From contig CAVVMW010000015.1 in the NCBI GenBank assembly GCA_963749495.1, positions 448,001 through 512,000 of the forward strand: a DNA stretch of 64,000 nt. The letters run 5' to 3'. The notes under the pieces were generated by a model. It made no database searches, was not told the DNA's origin, and was given only the letters and a program-made list of their open reading frames with translations. The stretch comes from an uncultured bacterium (GTDB taxonomy: Bacteria > Verrucomicrobiota > Verrucomicrobiia > Limisphaerales > UBA8199). A program made the position numbers and the translations under genes. This document shows positions 40,356 to 51,919 of this stretch, piece after piece. Each line of letters begins with the position of its first letter. The stretch's first letter is position 1.

Positions 40356-41042
40356 ATGAATACTCGAAAATACGGCTTGCCGCTGTCCTCCAGAATCTTC
40401 GCCGCCCGCATCGGTGTCTTCCGCGCGTGCCCCAGGCGCTTGTGGGGGGCCGGGCTGATTGCCTGCCTTCTATTGGCCGGGCTTGAGGCCGCCCGCGCCC
40501 AGGAACAGTTACCGCGCGAGACCGCGCTCAAAGGCGCTTTCATCGTCAGCCTCAACCTCAAGGAGATGCTCAATACGCCCATCCCGACCGACCCGGATGT
40601 GAAGCGGCCTGTGGCGGTGGGCCACGAAGGTCATGGCGGCATGGTCCTGCCGGAGACCAAGCTCAGCGCCGAAACGTTCGCCAAGGCCGGCAAGGACGTG
40701 ACGCCGGTCGGCCAACTCTGGATGCTCAAGCTGGTCCCGATTAGCGACGGGCAGCCGTTGCAGACGAGCAAGCTGCGCGTCGTTCATGTGAAGAGCGAGG
40801 ACAGCGAAGCCAACGTCGTCTGCTGCGCGCTGGGCGTTCGCAAGGATGCCGACGGCGGGCTGGAGTTGCTCATCTACGGCAAGGACAAAGAGCCGGTGCT
40901 GCGCGTCCCCTTGAAGGCCCTCTCCGCGCAGCAGGAGAACCCCATCGAAATGTCCGCTGAAGCCAGAGACAACAGCGGCCTGGTAACCCTAAAACTGGTG
41001 GGCAAGTACCAGGCCAGCTTCACGGTGACGGAGCCGGAGTGA
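40356..41042 (+). CDS. Exported hypothetical protein
   Basis: Signal-like segment ARA-Q; coding-like GC3 bias. Confidence 0.7.
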   Translation: MNTRKYGLPLSSRIFAARIGVFRACPRRLWGAGLIACLLLAGLEAARAQEQLPRETALKGAFIVSLNLKEMLNTPIPTDPDVKRPVAVGHEGHGGMVLPETKLSAETFAKAGKDVTPVGQLWMLKLVPISDGQPLQTSKLRVVHVKSEDSEANVVCCALGVRKDADGGLELLIYGKDKEPVLRVPLKALSAQQENPIEMSAEARDNSGLVTLKLVGKYQASFTVTEPE

Positions 41043-41058
41043 CAGCGGCTTGGCCCTC

Positions 41059-41208
41059 GGGTGCGGGACAAAAAAGTAACTTCCGTTGAAGAGACCAAGG
41101 CAGGCGTTGTTTGTTCCCTTCGGTGATTGTATCTATGCGGATGCAACCGCAAGGAACGGGGCTGCCCCAATGCCGGCCAATCCCCCCCGGGATCGCTGAA
41201 CGGCTTTG
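41059..41208. repeat. About 150-bp dispersed repeat, copy 2
   Basis: Inverted relative of 6363-6514. Confidence 0.85.
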
Positions 41209-41242
41209 TTTTCCGCGTATTCCGCGTGTTCCGCGGTTGCCC

Positions 41243-41370
41243 TCAGGTGCCATAGCCGCATCGGCCCCGCTCCGCCGCGATGCGCTCGATTTGGAGCTTG
41301 GGATAATGGCCAAAGTTGACCAACAGCCCGAGCTTGAACCCGCTCGCCTTGAGGTAGTTTTGGTTTCCAT
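41243..41370 (-). pseudogene. GxxExxY-family remnant with internal deletion, within 28-bp inverted repeats
   Basis: ATG at 41370 joined out of frame to QNYLKASGFKLGLLVNFGHYPKLQIERI; IR 41211-41238 / 41406-41433 (27/28). Confidence 0.78.
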
Positions 41371-41499
41371 GGCGGGTGAGTCTGGCAAAGCTGCGAAGAA
41401 GAATGAACCGCGGAATACGCGGAATACGCGGAAATGAACAGGTCTAATAGTTACTATTTTCTCTCGCACCCCTGGCCCGCGCAGCACCAACCTTCTCGA

Positions 41500-41620
41500 C
41501 TCGCGCGCCCGCGGCGGGGCCCATGGGGACAGCGATGTGGACCTGCTCGTTGTCCTCGCCGAAGCCAAAGACCGCGCAGCCGAGACAGTGCGCCCGACCC
41601 GCGTGCTGTCAGTTCTTCGC
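41500..41620 (+). pseudogene. Minimal nucleotidyltransferase (MNT) fragment
   Basis: SRARGGAHGDSDVDLLVV motif; no intact start. Confidence 0.6.
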
Positions 41621-41765
41621 CGCCACGATGGCGAGCCTGGTGTTGGTTATGCTGCCGACGATGATTGCCGTTTGGCTGCCGGTGATTCAGTTCATCCAGA
41701 TTGCAACAAAGAAGTAGTGCGGTTGCCGCCGAACGTGATCAGAGGACTCCTCGCTCGCCTGGGTC

Positions 41766-42344
41766 TCAGCGTTTCAATTCGCAAGTCAAAATGTCCGTTC
41801 CCTGCATCTTCGTGATGACTTTCTTGACGTGCCTTTCCTCAATCGTTTTCGCCCCATCCTTTGAAACGGCTAGAAATTCACCATCAGGATCCTCGTCATA
41901 AATCACGAACATGTGCCACCCGTGGCCGGAGGTCAGCGACACAATCACAAACCGGCCGGCCTTCAGTTCACGGTCAATGGTCTCAAACAGCTTGGCCAGC
42001 GGAAACTGCCCATTGCGATCCAAACCGAACTGTTTGTGGAACGTGACCCCTTGGATCGTCTTCCCATCAAAATCTCTGAAATTGCCATCCGCCTTTTCTT
42101 TCCATGGCGTTTGCAGTTCGTAATATGAACGTGGCACCCGTCCTAACAACTTCAGGACCATTTCAATCAACATCGGAATGCAGGACATGCCGTAGCGTTG
42201 CTCGTGGTCATCAACGATTTGCCGATTGAACTTGGTCAGGCAGGTCTTGGGGACCGCATCCTTTTTGTTCTCCTGCGCGTTAATGCCCGGCAGGAGCGAG
42301 CAGAGGAGCAGCACGGCGAACAAGTTGATTGCGGGTTTACGCAT
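41766..42344 (-). CDS. Exported protein, possible papain/C39-like peptidase fold
   Basis: Signal peptide INA-Q; QRYGMSC..LIEMVL and GWHMFVI. Confidence 0.65.
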   Translation of the reverse strand: MRKPAINLFAVLLLCSLLPGINAQENKKDAVPKTCLTKFNRQIVDDHEQRYGMSCIPMLIEMVLKLLGRVPRSYYELQTPWKEKADGNFRDFDGKTIQGVTFHKQFGLDRNGQFPLAKLFETIDRELKAGRFVIVSLTSGHGWHMFVIYDEDPDGEFLAVSKDGAKTIEERHVKKVITKMQGTDILTCELKR

Positions 42345-43033
42345 GGGCCACGATTAGCAGAACCTGGGAAGAAATGGAAGACCGAATGTTCTTCAGAAAT
42401 CCTGGGCGGGCATGCCACGTAAGCTCCACTGGGCATCATCACCGCCATTGAAGGGAGCATATTCCGTGCCTGATCTTTGCGTCCGCAGCGCCATTGTGCT
42501 CAGTCACGAGTTGGCCGGCTGATGTCCCTTCCGGGACATCTAGATCAGCCTGTTAGCCTAAAACCCGCCCGCATTGGACTCACCTGCGCCCAGGACTCCC
42601 ACTTCGCGGCCATTGGCCAAGATGGTGAGGAACACCACGGCTGAGCGTCGCGTTCAGGTCGATACCCGCGGCCGTCATCCCCGTGACGATGAGGGCCAGG
42701 CCCAGCGTCACCGCACCGCGGAAAGACAAGCCTCTCGGCGGTTTCCAGGCGTCACCCAGGATCATGATGAGGAACCTGGGTTTTTTCGAGCCGGTGTCAC
42801 GAAGACATTTGATTCACATCGCGAGGGAGGCCCGATCGGACACTGCCCCCGCAGGCTTTGCCGAAGGACCGGAGCGCGGGCTTTAGCCCGCTTCGGGCGC
42901 CCAATGTTCAATAGGCCCGCCAGAAGAGTCCAAGTCCGCGCTCCGGAGCAGTGTACCATTGCCCCCTCGCAACGGTGCCGTCTTTATTGTGGCTTGCTCG
43001 GGCCAAGCCAAGGACTATTCTCCTGACAATCAC

Positions 43034-44296
43034 ATGAAACCATTTTCCGGATTGTGAATGCGCTCTTATTCAGCGGTTTGCTTCTGTCGGCAGCAGCGTG
43101 CGCGGCCGGAATCGGCCCGAGTCCTGTGAAGCCGGCTGCGGTGACCATGGCCGACCTGGCCAGGCAAACGCCCCAGGGGGTTTCGGCCCTCGAGGTGAAC
43201 GACTACGCGCCGGGCCACTACCGCGGCGCGCTGGCCCCCAGTCCGCCGCACGCGGACGTGAACGCCAAGAAGGCAGTGGTCGTGTTCTGGAAGCGCCGTC
43301 CCGAGCGGTTCATCTTCAGCCATGAAGCGAGCTACTGTCCAGTGCTGGAGTTGCCCGGCGGCGCCGCCATGTGCAACCAGTTCTTCGAAGGGAACCTGGG
43401 CGATGCCGAGTTGTTCAACAGCATGGGGCGCAAGGAACGCAACAGTTTCGTGGACATTATCGAGAGTGGGCCGCGGCGCGTCTGGGTAAGATGGACCTAT
43501 TTCTGTGTCAACATGAACAACGACGCCAGGCCGCGGCTGCGGGGCACGGAGGATTACTTCGCTTACCCCAACGGGCTCGATTCTGCGCCGCATGAGCTAC
43601 GAGAGTCTGATGCCGGAGGATATCGCCGGCTACAGCACCCAACCCGTTGAGTTGTTTGGTGTGGCGCCCGCCGGCTCGACGATTAAAGACCTCTTTCCTC
43701 GCGATGCGGAGCGAGGCGATTACCAGACCCACACCGTGCTCGATCTATACAGCGGCCTGCGCTACGACATTTTCTGGGATGAGAACGGCGGTGTCCGGCG
43801 CGTGGGTGATGATGCCACTCTCGCGGCCATCGCGCGGTCAAGAGGGTGCGTGTTGGCGCTGCCGTTCAAGGAGAAGTTGCTCTTTGCCGTGCTCGGCGAG
43901 GCCAGCGGGTTCCCGCCCGGGAGAAACCAGTTGGTTGACCACTGCACGCCTGGAGCCGAGGGCGGTTGTGGTTGGGGCACGGGGCTTTGGGATCATTGGC
44001 CGGTAGGCTGGCTGAACTCGCAGACGTCCTACTGGAAGCCTGGCTCGCCGTACCCGTTCAGCTTTGGGTCGGTGGGGCAGTTCTTCGTCCCGGCCGGCAA
44101 ACGGATCAAATCGTTCGCCAAGGACTACCCGGAGTTCTGCAAGGATATGGAGCTCAACCGTTGGACCGAACGCCGCGTGTTCTGCGTGCTGCTGGGCGCG
44201 GCGCGCGATATGGGCGAAGTGCGCCGCATCGGACGCAAGTGGCTCGACAAGGGCGCCTCTTGCGCAAAGCCGGAGAGCATTGCCAATCTGCGATGA
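43034..44296 (+). CDS. Exported hypothetical protein (frameshifts near 43040 and 43579)
   Basis: Signal peptide; ORFs 43054-43650 and 43592-44296 join as GLILRRMSYE if one base is removed. Confidence 0.7.
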
Positions 44297-44345
44297 AGTT
44301 GACTTTGGGTCCGCGTCTGCCAGCATCCAGACCAACTATCAGTAT

Positions 44346-45395
44346 ATGAGCGCGCCACAACTATCGCGGAGACGTTTCCTGCAACAGACCACGGTTTCGG
44401 CCACGGCCAGCCTGCTAGCCAACACCAGTGGTCTTGCAGGCACCGATCCCGCTTCCCAAACGACGGACAACAAGGCTATAAGAGCCGGCATGAAAGTCGG
44501 TCTCTATAGCATCACCTATCTGGGGCTCTGGTATCGGGGAGAAGCGCTGACGCTGGAGGGCGTCATCGAGCGAGCCAGGAAATACGGCTATGACGGGGTT
44601 GAGATCGATGGCAAACGGCCGCACGGCAATCCGCTGGACATGCCCGCGCGCCGCTGCCGGGACCTGCGGTTGCGGGCGGAGTCGGCGGGCATCGAACTGT
44701 ATTCGGTGGCCGCAAACAATGATTTGAGCAGCCCCATGCCCGAGGTCCGCGAATCGCAGATCGTCTATCTGCGGGAGCTGATTCGCATGGCGGGCGAACT
44801 GCGGGTCAAGACTGTGCGGGTCTTCCTGGCCTGGCCGGGTGTCACCAAACACCCGCAATTGGGCCGGTATGACCTCGCGCGCGGGTTTTGGAAAACCATC
44901 CACGAATCGTTCAGCCCTCAGGAGACCTGGGAGTGGTGCCGCGCCGGCCTGGCCGAGTGCGCCCGCTATGCCGGCGATGCCGGCGTCAGCCTGGCGCTTC
45001 AAAACCACGCCCCGGTCATCAAGGACCATCAGGACGTTCTCCGGATGGTCCGGGAGGTCAATTCTCCCTATCTGAAGGTCAGCCTGGACGTGCCGATTAT
45101 GCCGGACAAAAGCCCCGCGGTGATCCAGGCGGCTGCCCGTGCGGTGGGTCCCTTGCAAGTCCTCTCTCATTTTGGCGGCGAATACAAACGCCGGGCCGAT
45201 GGTTCCATTAAAGGAGAGGCGTTTTATCCAATCTTCATCCAGGCGATGAAAGCTATCGGTTACGAAGGTTACATCGGTTTCGAGTTGTGCCATCCGTTGC
45301 CGGTCGTCAACGGTCAGACTATGGGCATCGAGTTCGTGGATGAGAACGCGCAGCTTGCCGCGGAGTATATGCGGGGGTTGATTCGCGCGAGTTGA
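44346..45395 (+). CDS. Tat-exported sugar phosphate isomerase/epimerase (TIM barrel)
   Basis: SRRRFL Tat motif; GYDGVEI, LQNH, SLD, YEGYIGFE. Confidence 0.88.
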   Translation: MSAPQLSRRRFLQQTTVSATASLLANTSGLAGTDPASQTTDNKAIRAGMKVGLYSITYLGLWYRGEALTLEGVIERARKYGYDGVEIDGKRPHGNPLDMPARRCRDLRLRAESAGIELYSVAANNDLSSPMPEVRESQIVYLRELIRMAGELRVKTVRVFLAWPGVTKHPQLGRYDLARGFWKTIHESFSPQETWEWCRAGLAECARYAGDAGVSLALQNHAPVIKDHQDVLRMVREVNSPYLKVSLDVPIMPDKSPAVIQAAARAVGPLQVLSHFGGEYKRRADGSIKGEAFYPIFIQAMKAIGYEGYIGFELCHPLPVVNGQTMGIEFVDENAQLAAEYMRGLIRAS

Positions 45396-45503
45396 CGCGC
45401 CGCCAGGAGCATGCGCGAAGTGAGCGAGTGCCGATGGAACCGTTGAGCGGGCATTTGCCCGATTAGGCCGCCGACACCGCCAACACCTTCAAGCATCGAA
45501 ACC

Positions 45504-48426
45504 TCAACGCACGGCATAGACAAATCCATCAGCGCCAACCAAGAGGATGGACAGGCTCTCGCTCCGGCCGAGCACGGCGAGGCTCGGCGGACCCGTCTGG
45601 GCCGGCAACGGGAGACGCCAGAGGACGGAGCCTTCGGCGGGGGTGCGGCCGGCCCCCAGGCAGACGAGTTGTTGGCCGATGACGAACAGGGCTTCGTCCC
45701 GCCCGTCGCCGTTGAGATCGGCGCTGGTGGAGCCGATCACACTCCCGGGAGCAGGCATGGGCAGACGCCAGAGCACCCGGCCGGTCGCGGCGTCGTAGCA
45801 GCGGATGCCATCGGGGTAGCCCGCGCCCATAGCCTCAAGGCGGCCCTGACCCGTAAAGTTGCCGAACACCGGCCAATCCTGGGCGCTCTGGTCCAGGGCG
45901 TCCCACCAAACCAGTGAACCGTCCGTCCGGACCAGGCCGGTCATCGAACGGCCGCCGAAGAAGAGCGGCCGGCCCGTCCCCAGAAAATCACCGGCAATGG
46001 GCTGCCCCCAATAGACCGGTTGGGCGGGGACTTCCTTCCACGTTGCGTCCTTGGCAAGCAAGTCAGCGCCGGTATTGCCCTTGAGCAAGTAGAAGATGCT
46101 CGGGTGCAGCGAGGCGACATCCTCAAGGCCGTCGCCGTCGTAATCGGCCAGGGCAAAGGGCGTGCCGCCGACGCCGCGCTGGCTGATCTGCCGGTCGCGA
46201 TGCCACAGCTCGCGGCCGTCCCGGCCGGACAGCAGCGCCGTTTCCTCGCTGTGCATCATCGAGCGCCGGATGGTCACGAGAACATCCTGTCGCCGCGGGT
46301 CGGTGAAGTGGCCCGCTTGCCACAGGACAATCCCGCCCGTGTTCCACACCGGCGCGGTGCCGGGAATGTTCGGGAAATCGTGCTGCCACAGCGCGCGCCC
46401 GGACAAGTCCAGGGCCTGCAAGCGCGCAAAACCGCCGGGGCTGGCGGCCGCAAGGAGGAGCGCTCTTCGCCCGTCGCCCGCAAGGTCCGCGACGACTGGC
46501 CCGAGGGTTTCCGGCCAGCTCGTGCCCTGGCCGCGTCCGGCGATGCGCGCGAGCTTCCCCGGCCGTCCAGCGCGGGCGTATCCCGACACCGCCCCCAACG
46601 GCTGCGGCGAGATGGGAGTGCGCCCGTCCTCGGGCGCAGCGATGTCCGCAGCCAGGGCAACTGTGAAGTACTCCGGCGCGCCTGCCCGCTCCGTCGCCGC
46701 TGCGCCCGGGGACGGGCGCACTCCGGGGGCAGTGTCGGGATACGCCTGTCCAGCGCCGCGCGGCGGATGAAACGCGACCACCTCTTCACCGTGGCCCTGG
46801 ACGATGATTGTGGGTTCCTTCGCGTCATCCGGCCAGGCGACAGCGGCGGGCCCTGGAACGCCCCCGATGCGCCTGGTCGCCAGCAGCGTGGCTTTCGCCC
46901 CCACAACTTGCAATCGAGTGGCTTCACCGGGCTGATAATCGACTCGAACCAGCAGCCGATCTGAACGGTCCAGCCCGACGGCCTGCAGCCCTTGGCCGGC
47001 AACGGACATTACGCGCTGGAAGCCTCGGCCGCCCCACCTCGCCGTCGAGAGGGTGACGAGGCCGGTTCCGCGGTCTTTTGCCTCGCGGATGGCAATGGTC
47101 ACGCCCTGCGGCCCCCGCCGGCTTATGACGGTAGCGCGCCCCAAGGTCGCCGTGCTTTGCACGTTGGCGGGCAGGGGCGGTTCCCAGGTCTCCCAGGCGG
47201 CATCTTCTTTCTGCCAAAGAGTCGTGAAGCGGTTTCCCTCGAGGGAGTGAACTCGAATCGCGCCGAATTTCGGCACACCGGCGCCCGTAGCGCGGACCGT
47301 GAGCAGTTGGCTCACGCCCCGGCCCTCCAGGTCCAGCAGCCCCGCAAGATACTCGTCCGGCAGTTCCGCCTTGACGCGCCCGGTCAGCGCCTCGTGTACG
47401 GTTACCCGCCACCGCTGGTCGCCGCGTTCGTTGAAGATCGTAGTCAAGACCTCATCTTGGCCGTCTCCATCCACATCTGCCACCGGGTTGGGCCCCACGC
47501 GGAGAATCTTCTGCGGGTTGGAGATGTCGGCTTCCACGTTCCGCTGCCAAAGCAGGCCCAGCTTCCCGTTGCGAAAGCCAAGCACGTCAACGTGCTTCGA
47601 GAAATCGGCCTGAACCAGGAACTCCGTCCGTCCGTCATGCTCGAAATCGTAGGCGCCAAAGAAGCCATAGCTGCGCGTGTCGGTGAACCGGCAGCGATCC
47701 TTGATGGCCCCCGTCCGCGCATCCAGCAGCAGCAACTCATGAAAAGGCAGAATGGCAATCTCCGGTCTGCCGTCCCCATCGAAATCCCCCACCAGCGGCA
47801 GCGGCTGGAACAGGAGATCGATTGGCTGCGTCTCCCAAACCTGGACCCACTTGCCTTCACGCCGTGCGAAACAACGGCCAACGCACTTCTGCCATTGGCC
47901 GTTGACGGTGGGTTTGGCAAAGCCGCTCTCGAATTCGATCTTCTCGGGGCCCGGCTCCTCGGGCAGCACATCGGCATAGGCCGTGGTCGCGGAGCGGAGT
48001 TCGTTCTCGCCCAAATCCGATTTCGGGAGGAAATCCTCCTCCACCAGGCCGGGTGAGACGGAGCCAGGCTCAACCTCCGCCAACGGCAGAACCAACCGGC
48101 GCTGCCCTGGAGCGGGCTCCAGCACAATTCGGCCCTCGAGAACGCCCACGAACTGCCGCCAGACGATCCGCGGCGACACTATGCTGCCGCGCGCAGGAGA
48201 ATGCGCCTGGAGCGAGCCGTCCCGGCGGTAGGCCGGCCATTCCTCGGGCACTGGGAAGGCGCGCGAAGGCGGTGCGGCAGGGCTCGCGAATGTGAGCAGC
48301 AAGGACGCTGCCGCTGTGGCCGACAGCCCAAGGAGAGCAGCGCCTGGCCGCCTCCGTGTTCGTTGAATGCCCCCGTCAACGGGGTCTTTGGCCGGTTCCG
48401 CAACCGACGCCGCATAATCGCGCATG
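45504..48426 (-). CDS. Large exported FG-GAP/VCBS and PQQ-like beta-propeller protein
   Basis: Repeated DxDGDGxxE motifs and xxGxxLW motifs; start uncertain; carries an in-frame MITE. Confidence 0.85.
46574..46747. mobile_element. MITE inserted in frame in a CDS
   Basis: IR GGCGTATCCCGACAC (46575-46589 / 46732-46746); 9-bp direct repeat GTCCAGCGC (46565-46573, 46748-46756); 174+9=183 bp. Confidence 0.85.
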
Positions 48427-48529
48427 ACTCGCACTATACGCATAACCGCGTCCCGCCGCACCACCGGAAGCTTCCAGGGCGGCACTGCAGGGTTGAAATC
48501 GCGAAAGACTCCCGGCAGGTTATGCCATT

Positions 48530-48817
48530 ATGACGCGAACGAGCATCATGCTGCCAGAGGACGTGAAGCGGCGGGCCATGGCCGAGGCGCGGAAATTGAA
48601 GATTTCGTTCGCTGATTTCGTCCGCCAGGCTGTGACGGAGAAACTGCCGCGTGAAGGCAAAGGCGTGGACCGCCTCAAGCAGCGCAGACAGGACCCGTTG
48701 TTCCGGTTATTGGACCACCGCACGCTGGTGAGAAGCGACGCGGCCACTGACATCGCCGCGCGGCACGATGACTACCTTTACGGCGAACAAGTCAACTCAC
48801 AACGTGACATCGCCTGA
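48530..48817 (+). CDS. CopG/RHH antitoxin-like protein, orphan
   Basis: MTRTSIMLPEDVK...ISFADFVRQAV; C-terminal HDDYLYG typical of VapB-like antitoxins. Confidence 0.75.
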   Translation: MTRTSIMLPEDVKRRAMAEARKLKISFADFVRQAVTEKLPREGKGVDRLKQRRQDPLFRLLDHRTLVRSDAATDIAARHDDYLYGEQVNSQRDIA

Positions 48818-48841
48818 TTCGAAAGGACCTCCGCAGCGTCA

Positions 48842-50838
48842 TCATCTGGCCGGCTCACCCGGGCTCTTGGACTCTATCTGCACGCCCTCGATCAGCGCTT
48901 GCAGGCGGTCGAGGTCAAAGTACTTGAAGAAATCCAGGCAGAACAACTCGGGGGCCTGGGAAAACTGGACCGGCGTTTCCAGAAGGCAGGACAGGCTCTT
49001 GGCTCCGTCGCGGATGGCAATCTCGGAGAACAGGCCGGGCTCGAGGGCGGCGGCGGCGAGGACCGCCACCTGGTGGCGCAAACCGGCGCTTTCCACGCGC
49101 ACCGGTGCTCCACCGGCTCGGCCGCGCATCCACCGGGTGATCTCGAGCAATTGTCCCACCATGATGCCCAGCGGGCGCTCGCCCAGCCCGTGAATGAGCT
49201 GCGCGTATTCGGGCACGGGCACGTCCCGCCAGGCGTCGCCGAAGAAGGCCAGGTCCAGCGCCAGAACCTGGTCGCCCTTGTTGACCCGGGCCGCGACCGG
49301 GGCGGCGCTTTCCTTCTTGCCCTTGTCATTCAGGACAAGCGTCACCGTCGCGTTCTCCGGGCAACCCATCAGGCGCGTGAGCACGCCATTTGCCGAAAGA
49401 CCGTTCCCGAAGTCGAACACATAGCAGATGCTCTCCACGCCCCCGTTCTTGGTGCTGGCCACCGGCCAAGGCGCGGCAAGAGCGGGCGGTTTGTGCCGGA
49501 TCACCTCTTTGAGCCGAGCCCGCTCTGCCAGAACCCATCGCCCGCGCTCAGACTTGTTCGTGGGGATCGGGGTGCGCGCTATTTCCCGGCCCAGTTTTTG
49601 CGCCAGACCCAGGATGGTGAGGTTGTTCGTTGGCAACCCCACGGTGAGGTCGCTGTAGCTTTTGAGTTCTGCATCCAGATTCCCTTCCTCCGCAAACGGG
49701 GGCAGATGAAAGTGTGCGGCGAAGAAGCGATAAGCTGCCAGCCGGTTGTCTTTCTGGTAATTGTGGGTTCCCGGATCCAGGTTCTCGTGCCACTGCAGGG
49801 CCTCCCCAGCTCCATAAAGTTCGAAGAGCGGGCGCATCGCGTCGAAGACCAGCGGCTTCACCAGCGGCGCCCGGAAACAGCAATCATCCTCGGCATTATA
49901 GATCAGCAGCGTCGGGCGGGGCGCGCAAAGGCCCACCAGGTGCGTGTAGTCGGCCTGGACGAAGAAGTCGGTCGGGGCTTGCTCAACGTCGCCCAGATCG
50001 CCATAGCGTTTGGCCTCGATCCTCGAGGCGAGCGAGGAGAAGCCGGCCACGGGGGCCGTGGCCTTGATCCGCGTATCGAGAGCGCTCAGCATGATCGTCT
50101 GCCACCCGCCGCCCGACAGGCCGGTCATCCCGATCCGCTCGCGGTCCACCAGGGGATGATTGTAGAGGTAGTCGAGCCCCGGCGCATAGCCAGGTAGAAC
50201 AGGCCCAGTTCGTGCGCGCCAACCAGGTCCAGGTGCGCGCCGTACCAGTGCTGGTTCTCACTTTGTGAGAGTTCGCCAAAGCTGAGCCATTCCAGGTTCA
50301 GGGCCAGAATGCCCTGTTTGGCAAACTGGATGCACCGCTTCTGCTTGTACTCGACGGTTTTCCCGGGCGCCCCCACATGCCCATTGACATTCAAAATGGC
50401 TGGTGAGCCGCGCTGGGCGCCCTCCGGCTCGTAGAGAAGCGCCGCCGAGCAAAACCCCGGCACGATCTCGTAGCGCAGCTTGCGGATCCGGTATCCCTTG
50501 CCGGTCTCGATGACTCCCGTCTCCTCGAACCGCGCCGGGGCCTCGACAATGTCTCGCGGCCAACCATGATAAACCACATCGTTGAGCCAGTGCTCGCGGA
50601 GCCGGTTTGCCTCCTGGCTCCACTGGCTGGCCGACGCTGCCGAAGGCGGCTGCGCCACAAGATTCACCAAATAATGGCGCACCTGATACACCGAGACGCT
50701 CGGCGAGACGAGTTCCTCGCCCAGGACCCCGGCCAGTTGCTTGGGCTCAATCTGGCCGAGGCAGGCCAACGGGCCCAAGAAGGGCAGAATGGCGGCCAGG
50801 AGCGCCGGAATCGGAAGTCGAAGGCGAAAGATATGCAT
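48842..50838 (-). CDS. Exported acetylxylan esterase-like alpha/beta hydrolase (frameshift near 50178)
   Basis: VNGH, RGLDYL (restored), RIGMTGLSGGG nucleophile elbow, APRP. Confidence 0.85.
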
Positions 50839-50968
50839 ATGCGACATGAAATCGGCCCATGCTGGCCCTACAACGGCGGTTGACTCAAGCATTGTTTTCA
50901 CATTAAGGTGTTGAAATTGCGCAAACATCGTGGCGGGAATGTCCCGCCCACAACCAGGACAAGAAAAC

Positions 50969-51772
50969 ATGAAACGACGCGAATTCCTCAAAACCTCCCT
51001 TGCGGCTTCTGCACTCACCGGCCTCAGCCCCCTCGGGGTTCAAACGGGCGCGGCCCAGCCCACGGGCGGCGCGGCTCAGGAGTATTACGAACTGCGGGCC
51101 TACCGCTTCAAAGAGGGCGCCAGCCATGAGCTGCTGGACGGTTATCTCGAGAAGGCGGCCATTCCAGCGCTGAACCGGCTGGGCCTCAAACCAATCGGGG
51201 TGTTCACGGAGCTTGAGCCCAAGGGGCCTGCATCCGTCTATGTGCTCATTCCTTATCCCTCGCTCGATTCTTTTGCCACCGCCGCCTCGCGCCTGAACGC
51301 GGACGGCGAGTACCAGCAGGCCGGCGCGGCCTACCTGCAGGCGCCCAAATCCAATCCTGCGTTCGAGCGGATCAATAGTTGGCTGATGCTCGCCTTCGCC
51401 GGCCAGCCCAAGCTCAAATTGGCTTCGTACTCGCTCGAGAGGAGACCGCGGGTCTTCGAATTGCGCAGCTACCAGAGCCATAGTGAACTCAAGGCGCTCA
51501 AGAAGGTCGAGATGTTCAACTCGGGCGAAATCGAGGTGATGCACGAGGTCGGCCTGGCTCCTGTCTTCTACGGGCAGGTCCTGTCGGGCAAGGACTTGCC
51601 GCACCTGACTTACATGCTCTCCGCCGAGGACCGGGAAGCGCACAAGCAGCATTTCGATGCCTTCGGCAAGCATCCGACCTGGAACAAACTCAAGAACGAT
51701 CCTCAATACGCCGACACGGTGTCGAAGGTCTCGAATTGGTTCTTGGCGCCAGCCCCCTGCTCGCAGATCTGA
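50969..51772 (+). CDS. Tat-exported NIPSNAP-family protein
   Basis: MKRREFLK; YYELRAY and FELRSY repeats. Confidence 0.88.
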   Translation: MKRREFLKTSLAASALTGLSPLGVQTGAAQPTGGAAQEYYELRAYRFKEGASHELLDGYLEKAAIPALNRLGLKPIGVFTELEPKGPASVYVLIPYPSLDSFATAASRLNADGEYQQAGAAYLQAPKSNPAFERINSWLMLAFAGQPKLKLASYSLERRPRVFELRSYQSHSELKALKKVEMFNSGEIEVMHEVGLAPVFYGQVLSGKDLPHLTYMLSAEDREAHKQHFDAFGKHPTWNKLKNDPQYADTVSKVSNWFLAPAPCSQI

Positions 51773-51826
51773 GCCGCCTGGACGGTGGAGGCACTCTCTG
51801 AGAAACTAGCGAGGCAGGGCCTCAGA

Positions 51827-51879
51827 CCGTGGCTTGGGCATCTTGCCCAAGCCACCACGGGCAGGATGCCCGTGCCACG
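51827..51879. repeat. Short REP-like palindrome between convergent genes
   Basis: CGTGGCTTGGGCATCTTGCCCAAG...CACGGGCAGGATGCCCGTGCCACG. Confidence 0.7.
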
Positions 51880-51919
51880 AACTTGACCTCTCTGCATCAT
51901 GTTTTGAAATTCAAGGATT

